Part shown: positions 1 to 12,720 of the stretch, one piece after another
How positions within the stretch are numbered: the first letter of the stretch is position 1
Layout of the letters: each line of letters starts with the position of its first letter
Assembly: GCF_036321535.1 (NCBI RefSeq)
Contig: NC_087436.1
Span: 83,392,001-83,456,000 of the forward strand
Source: Camelus dromedarius
Taxonomy: Eukaryota
Length of the DNA stretch: 64,000 nucleotides
Reading direction: 5' to 3'
Made by a program: the position numbers and the translations under genes
The notes under the pieces: model-generated
What the model was told of the DNA's origin: nothing
The model's database searches: none
What the model saw: the letters and a program-made list of their open reading frames with translations, nothing else

Positions 1-327
1 GGAAAACGTTTTTAAAGGCCAGGTGAGGGAAGGGAGTTGCAGGGTTTTGTGATCAGCTTGTGCACAGTTCTCTGACTGGTTGCTGGTGAAGTAACAGTGC
101 ACCGTCACATTATCAGTCCTCAGGCTCCAGGAGGTCTGGGTGCAACATGCTCATGGTCATAAAGTAGTTAGTTTCTTCCATTTGGTGGAGGTTTTCACAT
201 CTGCAAAACAACTCAGGAAGTGTGCATCAGATACTGCTATCCAGGGACTTCAGAGAGGAGCTGAAGCAGAGGCTATAGGGGAGTGGTCTGTCCCAGGAAG
301 GCCCCATTAGGGTCCCGCTTGGTTACA
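1..327 (-). mobile_element. ERV1-type LTR, partial
   Basis: Ends ...GGTTACA (TGTAACC start on -); LTR-like composition; abuts an L1. Confidence 0.6.
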
Positions 328-1240
328 AGAGTATTATTCCATTGTGTGCATGTACACCTCATCTTCTTTATCCATTCATCCATCTGTGGCCACTTAGGTT
401 GTTTCCATATCTTGGCTACTGTAAATAAGGCTGCAATGGGGGTACATATATCTTTTTAAATTAGTGTTTTTGTATTCTTTGGATAAATACCCAGAAGTGG
501 AATGGCTGGATCATATGGTAGTTCTATTTTTAATTTTTTGAGTTGTCTCCATACTGTTTTCCATAGTGGCTGCACCAATTTACATTCCTACCAACAGTGC
601 ATGAGGGTTCCCTTTTCTCTATGTCCTTGCCCACAGTTGTTATTTTTTTGTCTTTTTGATGATAGCCATTCTGACAGGTGTGAGGTGGTATCTCATAGTG
701 GTTTTAATTTGCATTTCCCTGATGATTAGTGATGTTGAGCATCTTTCATGCGCCTGTTGCCATCTGTGTGTCGTTTTTGGAGAAATGTCTGTTCAGGTTC
801 TCTGTCCCAGTTTTTAGTAGGGTTGTTTGTTTTCTTTCTATTGAGTTTTGTAAGTTCTTTGTATATTTTAGTTGTTAACCACTTATCAGATCTTAGTTTG
901 ATGTAGTTCCATTTGTTTATTTTTGCTTTTGTTGCCTTTGATTTTGAAGTCAGATCCAAAAAATCATTGCCAAGAATGATGGCAAGTTGCTTACTACCTG
1001 TGTTTTCTTCTAGGAGTTTTATGGTTTCAGATCTTACATTCAAGTCTTCAATCCATTTTGAGTTAATTTTTATGTATGATAAGTAACATGATGATCCAAT
1101 TTCATTCCTTTGTGTGCCTGTCCAGTTTTCCCAGCACCATTTATTGAAAAGACCATCCTTTTCCCATTGTATGATCTTGCCTCCTTTTTCATAACTTAAT
1201 TGGCCATATGTGCATGGGTTTATTTCTACACTTAACCACT
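328..1240 (-). mobile_element. LINE-1 ORF2 3' region fragment
   Basis: ORF 726..1262 contains L1 ORF2 motifs (LFNKWCWENW, KINSKWI.DLNVR.ETIKLLEEN). Confidence 0.9.
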
Positions 1241-1269
1241 TTTCAATGATAGTAATAAACAATAGGTGA

Positions 1270-1800
1270 ATTTTTTCCCCAGCTTTATTGAGGGATAATC
1301 AACAAATTCTGTATATTTAAATGTACAGCATGATGATTTAATATGCATGTACATTGTGAAATGACTACAGAGACCAAGTTAATGAACACATCCATCACCT
1401 GACATAGTTAACTTTTCTGTGTGTGTCTTGAGAATGCTTAAGATGTGCTCTCAGCAAATTTCCAGTATATGATACTGTGTTATTAATTTTAGTCACCATG
1501 CTGTAAATTAGCTCCTTAGGACTTATAACTGAAAGGATCATACCCTACATCTCTCCGTCTCCTCCCCTCTTCCCACCAACCCCTACCCCAATCCCTGGCA
1601 ACTACCATTCTTCTGTTCCTATGACATCGGCTTTCTTTCTTTTTCTTTTTTCTTTTTGCGGATTCCACATATAAGTGATATCATACATTATTTGTCTTTG
1701 TCTAGCTTATTTCACTTAGCATAATGCCCTTCAATTTCACCTATGTTGTTGCAGGTGGCAGGACTGCCTTTTTATGGCTGAATAATATTCCATTGTGTGT
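1270..1800 (-). mobile_element. LINE-1 3' UTR fragment (L1MA-like)
   Basis: gattccacatataagtga...ttatttcacttagcataatg...gctgaataatattccattgt. Confidence 0.8.
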
Positions 1801-3658
1801 GTATCTTACAATAAATGGGCTTTTATGTGTTAAATTCTTTAGCTTGGTAGTAGTGAAGTCAGTATAGCATACGGATTAGAGAATGTGCTTTAGTCAAAAG
1901 GAACTGGGTTCAGGCCTCACCTCTGGCCTACTACCCATGTAACCTTAGGCAAGTGTCCTCATTTATAAATAAGAGAAAGCATGGAAAGGCCTTCCTTGCC
2001 AGAGTACCTAGTGCCTGGCATATAATAAGTTCTCAGTATATAATTATTATTATTATACAATAAATATAATAATATTTTTTGGTAAGCAGTCTTGGGCACC
2101 TAATGACTGTCACATGCCTGCTAGTCCCTAGGGATGGAGGCAAGTACAGGACGTGGTGGCTGCTTCTGGGGGTGTTCTGTGCAGTGAAAAAGGAATGACA
2201 AGGGGACGTAACACATGTATGCAAAGGGCTATGGAGCACAAAAGGAAAATTCTAAAGTGGCTGATTTTTGCTTATTTTAAAGAAGAGGTGGTAGTGGCTT
2301 ATTTATTTCAGTTAATAAGCTGCCAGTTGAAAACCAGAGCAGGTAGAATGAGTGGCTTTGGGCTCTCATAGAAAGCAGCACAAGTGAGAAAGTCAGTGAT
2401 GCAAAGGAAATGCTTCAGAAATAAAGACTAGAGTCAACGTGACACCGTGATGTCGACTGTGTGTGTCATACAGGGCAGTGTTTTGGTTCCAGGAACCAGA
2501 ATTGTGCCTGGGTGAGGTGTGCAGCTGTGTTTGCCTCAGCATTTGGTGTTGCTGGGAGCCAGAGTTGCCCACTGAGGGGACAGGAACACATGGTGGCAGG
2601 CTGGCCTTAAGGCAAAGGCTCCTGTGTTTCCTTCCTGGCACCCCAGGTGTTTGTGCGATGCCTCTTGTCCCCGGACGCCGCCATATTTAGGAAACATTGA
2701 TTTGAAATTAAAAAAAAAAAAAGAAAAAGATACTCTCAATTCTCTAGTTTTGTACCATGTACTTACTCATTGCTTCTATTTCATACATTTCAAAAAAAAA
2801 TGAACTAAGGTTATAGCCCCATTTTAAGCAGGAAAACTTGAAATGTGGTCCACCAGTAGTACAAAGTTAGTTTTAGGTTTGTAAGTCTCACTTGTGGAAT
2901 GGATGGCCCAGGACAAGCTGTGTCTCAGCTGGGGAATCTCATATCTTATCAGTGCATGCACGTCCTTCCAGCTTGGGGAGAGCAGCCAGGAAGCAGAATC
3001 ATAATATGGCTATTTCAGGGTTTATTTCATGTAACGTGGATATACCAGTCCTAATACCATTTCTGAAATATTTGGCATCTACAGACTAAAAATCAGTGAA
3101 ATTAAATTATTTTATTTCAAATACAAAAACTCATAGACTTATAAAAAGTTTGTAGACATGTCAATAGACCTTCATATAGGTCTGTTGCTCCTTTTAACGG
3201 AGTACCCTTCCCTCCTTCACATTCCTGAGAGCTGGCAGCTCGGGGGTCGGAGGCTGGGGAAGGTCTCCTGGACCACCAGCTCTCTGGCCTTGTCTCTGGT
3301 TCCCAACTCAGCAGTTTTGGATTTCTTTCCAACTAACCTACCCACTGAGAGCACGGTGACCCTGCCCTCAGCTTGACTCCTCCTTCTCCAGAAGACAGAT
3401 CAGCCAGCCCCAAACTGGGCTCCTTTGGGGGGTGGGTAGGGATCAGGCAAGGGGCTATGGGACAGACTGGGAGCTGCAGAAGGTGGGCATTAAAGGGGTC
3501 TGGGAGGGCTTGTGGTGGGGGTGGCAGGGTGAGGGTGGCAGGAGAGTTGAACTGGAGTGGGACTGGAGAGAACCAAGAAATACAGGCAGAGCTGCTGACT
3601 GATGTCTGAAATAACAGTATCACACCAACAAAAATGCCAGTGTTTGAAACTACTAGTA

Positions 3659-4009
3659 CACTTGTCCCTCAGTATCGTATAGGGGGTTGGTTCCAGGAGC
3701 CTCAGCCCCATACCCAGATTCTCCATGCTCAGGCCCCTTGTATAGATACACGGTATATTATTTGCATATAACCTAAGCACATCCTCCCATATACTTTAAA
3801 TTTTCTCTTGATTACTTTAATACCTAATATGGTGTAAATGCTCTATAAATGTAAATAGAATGTAAATGCTATGTAAAAAGTTGCTGGTGCACGGCAAATG
3901 CAAGTTTTGCTTTCTGGAACCTTCTGGAATTGTCTTTTTCCCCCCCGAGTATTTCAATGTGAGGTTGGGCGAGTCTGTAGTCGTGGAACGCGTGGAGGAG
4001 GGCCGACTG
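3659..4009. mobile_element. MER2-like Tc1/mariner (Tigger) non-autonomous DNA transposon
   Basis: Imperfect TIRs CACTTGTCCCTC...GAGGGCCGACTG flanked by TA on both sides; typical internal tttgcatataaccta. Confidence 0.85.
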
Positions 4010-5317
4010 TACACTGGGAGGCGGAAGTGCCAACAGCTGTTTCTGTAGTCACTGTTATCGTTTCTCCCATTGACACGTTCACAGTTGAAGTGCTCAGAAC
4101 TTTATCTAGCTTTATAGACCAACACACGTATAAAATTTTTCTTTTCCCTGGGGATAGGCAAATAATGCTTAGAATAAACTCTCTTCTGAGGAAGATTAGA
4201 AAATCCTGAATGTTGGCACCAGTTTTAAACACACTCCCTCAGGATACTGTACCTTTTGTAGGTACCTACGGTAGAAGGTAACTTGGTAGAATGCTGCTTT
4301 TTTGGCGTGCATGTGTTTATTTCAGTGATTTAAATTCCGAAGTTCGCAGCAATCAGATAAATTGGAATGAGAAAGAGTCTAGTCACTCTGGGTTCTTCAT
4401 GCAGGATTCCACACCTTGTCTCCCTGGACTGGAATCCTCTCTCCCATTAGTGTTTTCAATCTAGGGAAATGTTCCAAGGTCCCTGAAGAAACCTGCTTCT
4501 AAAGGATAAACGGTGAATTTTAATCAAAATCGCCTTTAAATAATCTCATTGAGAAATGCACAAAGACTAAAGGAGGTAGGTATACACTCCTTATTCCTAT
4601 AGCGTTTGAACATTAGGAAACCAGGCTAAATGTACAATAACTAACAAAAGTCTAAAATCAGTAAAGCACAGATTAGCCTCACTGCTTTATATGTGATGAG
4701 CAAGAATGCCTTACTGCAAGCAAACCCCGCTTGCACTGTGACGAGGACGTTCTGCGGCCTGGCCTGGCCACCCTGGGGTGACTCAGCTCTCTTTTGTCCT
4801 TTCACCTGCTGTTGAACCTTCATGCATGCAGTGCAGTGGGCCAGGACTGCCCTGGCCTTTTCCTGGGCACGAAAGCATCACTTACAAAGGAAGACTGCTT
4901 TTCTTCTTTCCCTACTACCCTGGACTGTTTAGTATAACATGGTACCAGTGCAGGCATTAGAATGAATGCACATTATATGGTAACACACCATTATAAGGAG
5001 GTCATTCATAATGTGCTTTTATTTTGTTTAGGACATCATTTTTTAAAAACACCACAAAATCAAAAAATTTCATAGAGTTATCTCATCTCTGAGAAGAAAT
5101 CCATGGTTTTCTGTCTGAGAAATATTGCTGCCTGTCAACATGGTCTATACCATTGATTTTTTGTTTCTACTAGGTTATGTAGCAAACATTATTCATTAAC
5201 TTAACAAAAACTTTCAGAAGAGATTTCCTTTTTTCTCCTGATAAATGAAACTAACACGCCTCTTGGATATCTGTTTGCAACACACCTCTTAGATATGTTT
5301 GTGGTGGTTTTTATTTA

Positions 5318-5807
5318 TAGGCATATCTCGGAGATATTATATTGTGGGTTTGGTTCCAGACCACCACAGTAAATTAAGTCACACAAATTTTTTGTTTCCC
5401 AGTTATGTTTACACTATACTGTAGTCTGTTAAGTGTGCAATAGCATTATATTAAAAAATGTACAAACCTTGATTAAAAATACTTTATTGCTAAAAAGTGC
5501 TACCATCATCTTAGCCTTCAGCAAGTCATAATCTTTTTGCAGTAGTAACATCAAAGATCACTGATCACAGGTCACCATATATACAAGGGTAGTAATACTG
5601 AAAAAACTTGAAATATTGCGAGAGTTCCCAAAATGTAACATAGAGACAAAAAGTGAGCAAATGGTGTTGGAAAAATGGAGCTGATGGTCTTGCAAGACAT
5701 AGGTTTGTCACAAAACTTCAATTTGTCTTAAAAAAAAAAAAAAGACTATAAGCACATATAAGAATGAAGCACAATAATGTGAAATGCAGTAAAGCAAGAT
5801 GTGCCTG
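5318..5807. mobile_element. Tigger1 internal-deletion derivative
   Basis: Termini AGGCATATCTCG...AAGATGTGCCTG; ggttccagaccacc and gatcactgatcacag motifs. Confidence 0.85.
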
Positions 5808-6345
5808 TGCTGTTATTCCTTCCTCAAAAGTTTAATCAGACTTCATTCACATATTGATAGAGTGTCTTCGGTAGGACAAGCATTGGTGTAAGTGCCAAGT
5901 CAGGGACAGCTTTCTAAATATTTTCTCCCAAGAGTAATAGCGCATGTGTGTGGGTGTGTGTAAAAGGAAACTTAACCTGCTGACACATAAATGACATTTG
6001 CATTATCCACTTTACCCAACAAAATTAGTCTCTGAAGTCATGGTTGTAAAGCTCCTGTTTTAGAATTAGATTTCTTATAAACGAGAATTAATGCTGTGAA
6101 TTGTGGAGTTGTTGAAATGGCTTGAAAAGGTCCTCTTTAAAATTAAAAAAAAAATTGTTCTTAGTGTTTTTCTCAGCCTGTGTCCTTCAAAACATCTGGT
6201 GTATTCTATCAAAATTCAGGTCAGCCATTCAAATGGTGTTAATTCTGTGGCCAAATGGTCAGATTACGTGTTTTGTTTTTTGTGGGGGGTAAAAAGTTCA
6301 CATTTTGCAATCCAACTAAAAGACTTTTTATTTTTCTTTACACAG

Positions 6346-6369
6346 AAGGCTAGACCATCTATAATACAG
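6346..6369 (+). CDS. HERC3: HERC3 24-nt microexon (KARPSIIQ)
   Basis: tttttctttacacAG|AAGGCTAGACCATCTATAATACAG|GTaaat; phase 0-0. Confidence 0.88.
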
Positions 6370-6462
6370 GTAAATGATCCTTTAAATCTTTATTTAATGT
6401 ATTTTTCTAGCAGTATTCTCTGTGAAATGCTATAATGTTGCCACTAATGTGTTTTATTCCAG

Positions 6463-6552
6463 GATGCTGTTACACTTTGTTCCTACCCTTTTATCTTTGA
6501 TGCCCAAGCCAAGACCAAAATGCTGCAGACTGATGCTGAATTGCAGATGCAG
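6463..6552 (+). CDS. HERC3: HERC3 exon (DAVTLCSYPFIFDAQAKTKMLQTDAELQMQ)
   Basis: ttttattccAG acceptor, CAG|GTaacc donor, 90 nt, branch-like CTAAT at about 6444. Confidence 0.95.
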
Positions 6553-6741
6553 GTAACCTATTTTAAAAGTCATTTCCTCTTCTTACTGGGTTTCTTTCAT
6601 CTTATACATCCAGTTGTAATTTTTCCTAATAGAAAGTTTATTTGGGATGATGTTCCATGATAACCTTTAGAACTATCAGAAATATTTTCAGCAATATTAT
6701 ATTGAATATAACACATACACATGAATGCACATTTACATAAA

Positions 6742-6992
6742 CTGGGGGTCGGCAAGTGTTTTCATAAAGGGTCACATAGTAAATATTTGTCTTTGTGCAC
6801 CATACAGTCTATCTCAACATTTCACCTCTGTCATAGCAGGAGATTTGAATTTTGTATAATTTTTGCATGAAATATTCTTCTTTTTATTTTTTTTCAACTA
6901 TTTAAAAAGGTAAAACCATTGTTGGCTAAATAGCTGTACAAAAACATGGAGCAGGCTGGATTTGGCTGTGGGCTGTTGTCTGCCAGCCCCTG
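6742..6992. mobile_element. MER58-like hAT-Charlie MITE
   Basis: TIR-like GGGGTCGGCAA...TGCCAGCCCCTG. Confidence 0.75.
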
Positions 6993-7729
6993 ATCGATAA
7001 TTAAATAGAGCTGGTGATTCCTTATTGAACAGAAATACAAGTTATGGAGATTTGTTTAACTTATTTTAAATATGCATTTTTGTTGTAAAAAATAATTGGT
7101 TTTGACAGCCCTACAAAGATATTTGTGAATTAGCAATTGAAATCTCCCAGTTTCTACTGTTGGTGGATACATAACTTCATTCATCTTCCTCTCCCTGTCT
7201 TTCTGTGTCTCTGTAGCTCCTATCTCTCTCTCTCTCTATATATATATACATATATATATGTTTTCACAGTGATATATCCATGACAATGACAACTTCAAAG
7301 TTCTCCAGAGGAAATGGACATTTTTCAAAGAATAAAAACCACTTAGCAAATGGTTGCAAGGTTTCTTTGCCTGCCGCTTTGAAAGTCCTGGCTTTTACCC
7401 ACTCTCCAACCTCACTTTCTTCCACAGCACTGTTATTCCACTCTTAATCAGCTTAGTCTAAATCATTTTCCTGGAACGAGTTATGGATCATATGGTTTAT
7501 AAAGTGCTTCAGTTAATCTCTTTGGGTTCAGATTAGAAAGATTTGTATGTTTTGTAATCATGAGTAACTTACAAAATCTACTGGAAAAGTTAGGAGGGAA
7601 ACAAAGAACAAAATGGAGATGCAGTCAGCTCGCCCCCACCCCCGCCCGGGTCCAGAGGCACGGCTGCTGCTGTCCTTGCTCCCAGGTGCACTCAGAATGG
7701 TAATTGTGTTCTTGGATGTGCTGTTCCAG

Positions 7730-7900
7730 GTGGCGGTCAATGGAGCCAACCTGCAGAATGTCTTTATGCTTCTCACCTTGGAGCCTCTGCTGGCCAGAAG
7801 CCCCTTCCTGGTCCTTCACGTTCGCAGGAACAACCTTGTCGGAGATGCCCTAAGAGAGCTGAGCATTCATTCTGATATTGATTTGAAAAAGCCTCTCAAA
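7730..7900 (+). CDS. HERC3: HERC3 exon (VAVNGANLQN...DIDLKKPLK)
   Basis: ctgttccAG / AAA|GTgagc, 171 nt; lies within ORF 7613..7972. Confidence 0.95.
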
Positions 7901-7940
7901 GTGAGCCCTTCCATATATTCCTCTAAGTGCCTTCCTAGGT

Positions 7941-7989
7941 TTGTTTTTGTGTTTTTTTTTGTGTGCGTGTGAGATAATTAGCGTTTGTA

Positions 7990-8024
<35 letters not shown>

Positions 8025-8126
8025 GTCTATCTATCTATCTATCTAATGGAGTTTCTGGGGATTGAACCCAGGACCTCGCATGCTAATCGCTAATCGCATG
8101 CACTACCACTGAGCTGTACCCTCCCC
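7941..8126 (-). mobile_element. tRNA-Ala-derived SINE (camelid type) with (TCTG/TCTA)n tail
   Basis: ggggattgaacccagg...ctaccactgagct..accctcccc; TSD CTTCCTAGGT at 7931-7940 and 8127-8136. Confidence 0.85.
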
Positions 8127-9722
8127 CTTCCTAGGTCTTCTTTAAACAGTGTTGATGAAGCAGCGAAGATCTTATTTACATCGTGGAGTGCAGCCATTCA
8201 TTATTTTTTAAATTCATTTTACAAGAATTTAATTACCTCCTTCTGTCAAATCACCAAACAGAACATCTCAACATAACAGCAAATAAAAATGCCAGTGGAT
8301 TACTTGAGGGATGATAGGGTCTTTGTCTGCTGTCTTCAGTGTACCTGCTCCAGCTCTACCAAAAACAAGCAAACAACAGCACAACTAAAACTCCAACTAG
8401 GTAAAACTGTCAAGCCAGCATCTAGGACGTCTTTGGATGTCAAAGATTTAAGAGAAAGAAGGTTCAAAAAAAAAAAAAGAGAACGTAAAGGTAGTGAAAT
8501 CGTCTGGGTAGCCGGTGGCCTGTGACGATAGGCACTCTTAGTACTCTGAAATTGCTGAATTAAGAAATTGTCTTTCCTCATAGTGCATGTTTGTGTATTC
8601 CTGGGGCTCAGCACAATGCTTGGAACACAGTAAATGTTCAATATAGTGAATTATTTGAAGTTTTAAGTCATTTACCTTTCCCTTCAGAAGGCTTTCGTTA
8701 CTCTATTTCCAATTCTGTTGTAAACTCCAGTTTCTGAAACATAATAGGCGAGAAACTGATGTTCTCTGTGATATTGTCGCCCTTTGCAAGATGTCCGGTA
8801 GTTCTCATCCATCCCATCAATCTGCCTGAGAGTTCTCCCTAGAACTTCTGGGTTAGACTTTCGATATTACAAAAAGAGGGGCTCTCTCTGCCCCTGTTTT
8901 CAATCACTAAATCAGCGGAGGCAGTTCTTGCTTTGTGCCTGTCTGAGTAAAGCCATCCGCTTGCCTTTTTATCAGATGCTTCCTCTCGTCCTGCTCTAGG
9001 CAACCTTGAACAGAGCCACCAGGATAAGCTTTCTCAAATGCTGTTTTTAGCTCTGGGTCTGAGCCCTTCCCTGTAAAATGGGGGTAATGATAGTAATCCC
9101 TATGCACAAGATCGTTCTGAGGATTAGGGTAATAGTTGGTGCTGGCTGGCGTGGAGTAAATGCTCAGTGAGTCTCGTCTGTTGGTTTGCTGTAGTCGTCA
9201 CCGTGATGACTGTTACGGGTCCAGAGTACCTGGTGTGGGTCTGCTGAGGGGTCTGTGTATATCCTCTCCTGGGGCCCCATCAGTGCCTGCTGAGAATGCT
9301 CTCCTCCCTTTCAGTTAGTTCAGTGACCCACTGAGAGAGATTTCTTCTTTTACTCTGGTTAATCACAGTGTTTCTCTGTGTGCCAGAATCTTTATGTCTC
9401 AGTGTATCTGACTCCTTGAAGATAAAATGTATTCTTGAATTGGTTCTTGTATGTTTGCCTTCCTGCCCTAAATAGATGGTAAACTTTCTGGGGACATATG
9501 GTAAACTTACGACTTTCTTTGTATGCCTTGAAGTGCCTAGTAAAAATGTTGTACCTTTGCAAGTGCCTTGTTAATAATCAGTAGCCACACCTTGTAGTTT
9601 TCATTGCATCATTGTATTCTCTGTTATATTTTCCTTTCTTAGTCCTGACTTTGGAAACAATTTGCTTAAAAAAAATGCCAGCGATTTCCCTGAAATATTA
9701 ATTCTAAGTTCGTTATTTTAAG

Positions 9723-9866
9723 GTCATTTTTGATGGTGAAGAAGCAGTGGATGCCGGTGGTGTCACAAAAGAGTTCTTTCTTTTACTGTTAAAAGAACTG
9801 TTGAATCCCATCTATGGAATGTTTACCTACTATCCAGATTCAAATCTCTTGTGGTTTTCAGATACG
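9723..9866 (+). CDS. HERC3: HERC3 exon, HECT N-lobe (VIFDGEEAVDAGGVTKEFF...WFSDT)
   Basis: ttattttaAG / ACG|GTaagt, 144 nt; canonical HECT F.GE...D.GG..KEFF motif. Confidence 0.96.
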
Positions 9867-10819
9867 GTAAGTTACTGGTGTCACCATTAAACAGAAGGAT
9901 TGAATTAAACTTCCTTTTTTGTTTTCAGACCAATCCCTAGACTTCTGAATTTTACAGAGGGGAACATAACAAAGATAATAATTTAAAATGTCCATATAAT
10001 ATATCCAGTCTTCATATTTCACCTGTGGCTCATAGTGCATCTTGTCCCCTATCAGCCCCTTTTCCATTCCTAGTAGGTAAGCTCCAAGTTTTGGAATCCT
10101 TGAAGGGTAGAAAGAACATGGTAGGATAAAGAAATTAGTTTTATGACATGTAAAATGTAATAGTCAAATATGCCTTATTTTGATAACAGTGATAGTATGT
10201 GTATGAATACTCATACAGATATACACAAGTTCATACTTTATTTTTGAAAATTCAGTAATAGAGGAAAAATTTTTTTTGCCCTGTCCCTCCACAGGGGAGC
10301 TGAGTTTTAAAAGGCAATTATAATGTTAAGCAGACTATAGTTTAGTTCTTTTTCTACCAGAGTTTGCTCCTTAGATCTGCACTGTCCTGAAAGACGGCCA
10401 CTCACATCATGTGGCTTTTGAAATTTGAATTCTATTTAATTAAAGTTAAATCATACTGGAGTCATTTCTTCAGTAGTACCAGCCAACATTCACAGGACCC
10501 ATGTAGCTGGTGGCTGCCACCTGGGATGGTGCAGAATAGAATGTTTCCATCACTATAGACAGTTCTGTTGGACAGCATTGCTCTCAGTGAGGATACGCTG
10601 GTCTGTGTATCACAGAAGAGCTAGAAATGCTTACTTTTGTCTACATTGTGTCTTTTGGGGATAATCAAACTTTTGTCAAGGGTGTTTCTCTGCTTCAGAA
10701 GGTAACTCAGTGAGATCCTCATTCTTTCATACAGAAAATATTTTAAGGTAAATGGCTGATGGTTTTGAGGGCCACCAACACTGCATTTCTTTTTCACATG
10801 TTTGCACACATGCTGACAG

Positions 10820-10986
10820 TGTTTTGTAGAGCACAACTGGTTTCACTTGATTGGCATAACCTGTGGCCTCGCCATCTACAACTCCACCGTGGTCGACCTG
10901 CACTTCCCGCTGGCGCTTTATAAGAAGCTGCTGAACGTGAAGCCTGGCCTGGAAGACTTGAAGGAGCTGTCACCCACGGAAGGAAG
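10820..10986 (+). CDS. HERC3: HERC3 exon ([21 protein letters not shown]...LSPTEG)
   Basis: gctgacAG / AG|GTacaa, 167 nt, ends in phase 2; matches ORF 10847..11074. Confidence 0.94.
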
Positions 10987-11229
10987 GTACAACGCGGGAG
11001 ACGGGGCACTGGCATGGGAAATGGCTCTGGCTGCCTCTGCCCTGGGATTAAAGGTCGAAACGCTGCATGTATGAGTTAGAGTTCATCGTTAGACTGCGTG
11101 TTGTGTGCCTCGTCGTAAGACATAGCTCCGCAGCTGCTTGGTTGAAGCTCTGCCTGCGTCATCTGGGGGCAGGCAGGTTCATGTCGTGGTCCGTACATAC
11201 AGGGGAGAAAGTACTGAAGCGGGAACCTG

Positions 11230-12090
11230 TGTTAAAAAACCCTGCAGGTCTCCCCGTCTTTCTGTGTTTCTCCTCTCTGTGTCTCCTTGACTTTCACACT
11301 ACGACCACACTCATAGCACTTCTGGTCACTGGCTGTGTGGGAGGCTTTCCTCCACACCACCAAGTAATTTTCCATGATGCCAGCTGGGTGGCCTACAAAT
11401 TTAGCTCAATTATGACACATCTACCCGGAGATAGATCTCACGGGTTAAGGGCTCCATCCCACAAGACTGCTCCCACCCTACCTCAGATGCCAGCCGCAGA
11501 TTGTAGGTCCCCAGGTTCCCCACAACTTCTGTCCCATGGGCTACAAATCAGAGGTTCCCACGACCCCTTCCTCAGGTTTCACTAAGTTCCTAGAGCAGCT
11601 CACAGAATTCGGGGAAACAGTTAGGTCCACCAGTTTATTAAAGGATACGATAAAGGATATAGATGAACGGCCAGATGAAGAGGTACGTAGGGTGAGGTCT
11701 GGAGGGGTCCTGAGCGCAGGAGCAGCTCCTGACCTCGTGGAGTTGGGGTGTGGCGCCCTCCGGGTGTGGATGTGCTCACCAACCTGGAAGCTCCGGAGCC
11801 CCCTACTGTGGGGATTTGATAGAGGCTTCCTCACAATGGCGTGATCAGTTATGACCTCCATTTCCAGCCCCTCGCCCGTCTCTGGAGAATGGGCTGAAAA
11901 TTCTAAGTTTCTAATCATGGCTGGGTCTTTCTGATCCCCAGCCCCCAGCCAGGACCCACCCAGAGTCACTGCATTAGAACAAAAGACACTCCTAGTACCC
12001 TTCTCACTTAGGGATTTACAGGGGTTTGGGGAGCTCTGTACCAAGGAACTGGGGGCAGAGAAGAATATATGTATGTTCTGTTCTCTTACA
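11230..12090 (-). mobile_element. MER21-like solo LTR
   Basis: ggttaagggctc..tcccacaagactg, ctagagcagctcacagaa, ccaacctggaagct motifs; TG...CA ends. Confidence 0.75.
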
Positions 12091-12095
12091 GAGCT

Positions 12096-12720
12096 TTTTT
12101 TAGAAACTAGTTTAATTGAGATGTAATTCACATACCACACAGTTCACCCACTTAAAGTATGTAATTCAGTGTCTTATAGTACATTCATGGAGTCGTTCAG
12201 CTTTGCCACAGTCAATTTTAGAATATTTTCATCACCCGAAAAAGAAGCCTGGTGCTCCTTAGTCAACACCCCCAGTTTCCTCGTCCCGAAGCCCTCAGCA
12301 GCCACCAGTCTACTTTCTTGTCTCTATAGACTGGTTTATTCTGGATTTTCACATAAATGGAGTTATACAACATGTGCTTTCTTGTGTTTGGCTTCTTTCA
12401 CACAGCATGCTTTCAGGGTTCCACTAAGTTGTGGCTTGTATCAGCATTTCATTCCTTTTATTGCCAATAACATTTCATCGTATGGTTATGCCACATTATG
12501 TTTGTCCCCTCGTCAGTTGGTGGACGTTTGACTGGTTTCTACCTTCTGGTTATTATGGACTCGTGCCTCTGTGGGTGTTCTTGCATCCTTTTTGTGTAGG
12601 CATGAGTTTTCATTTCTCTTGGGTGAGTACCCAGGAGTGGGATTGCTTGGTCAGATGGTAGCTCTATGTTTAGCCTTTTGAGGAACCTGTAGACTGTTTT
12701 CCGAAGTAGTAGAGCCATGT
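12096..12720 (-). mobile_element. LINE-1 3' fragment (L1MB-like)
   Basis: ttgagatgtaattcacatacca...cccaggagtgggattgct. Confidence 0.8.

Noticed and set aside
11067..12140. Long ORFs of 172 and 199 aa
   Set aside because: They largely overlap a MER21-like LTR and show no recognisable protein motifs
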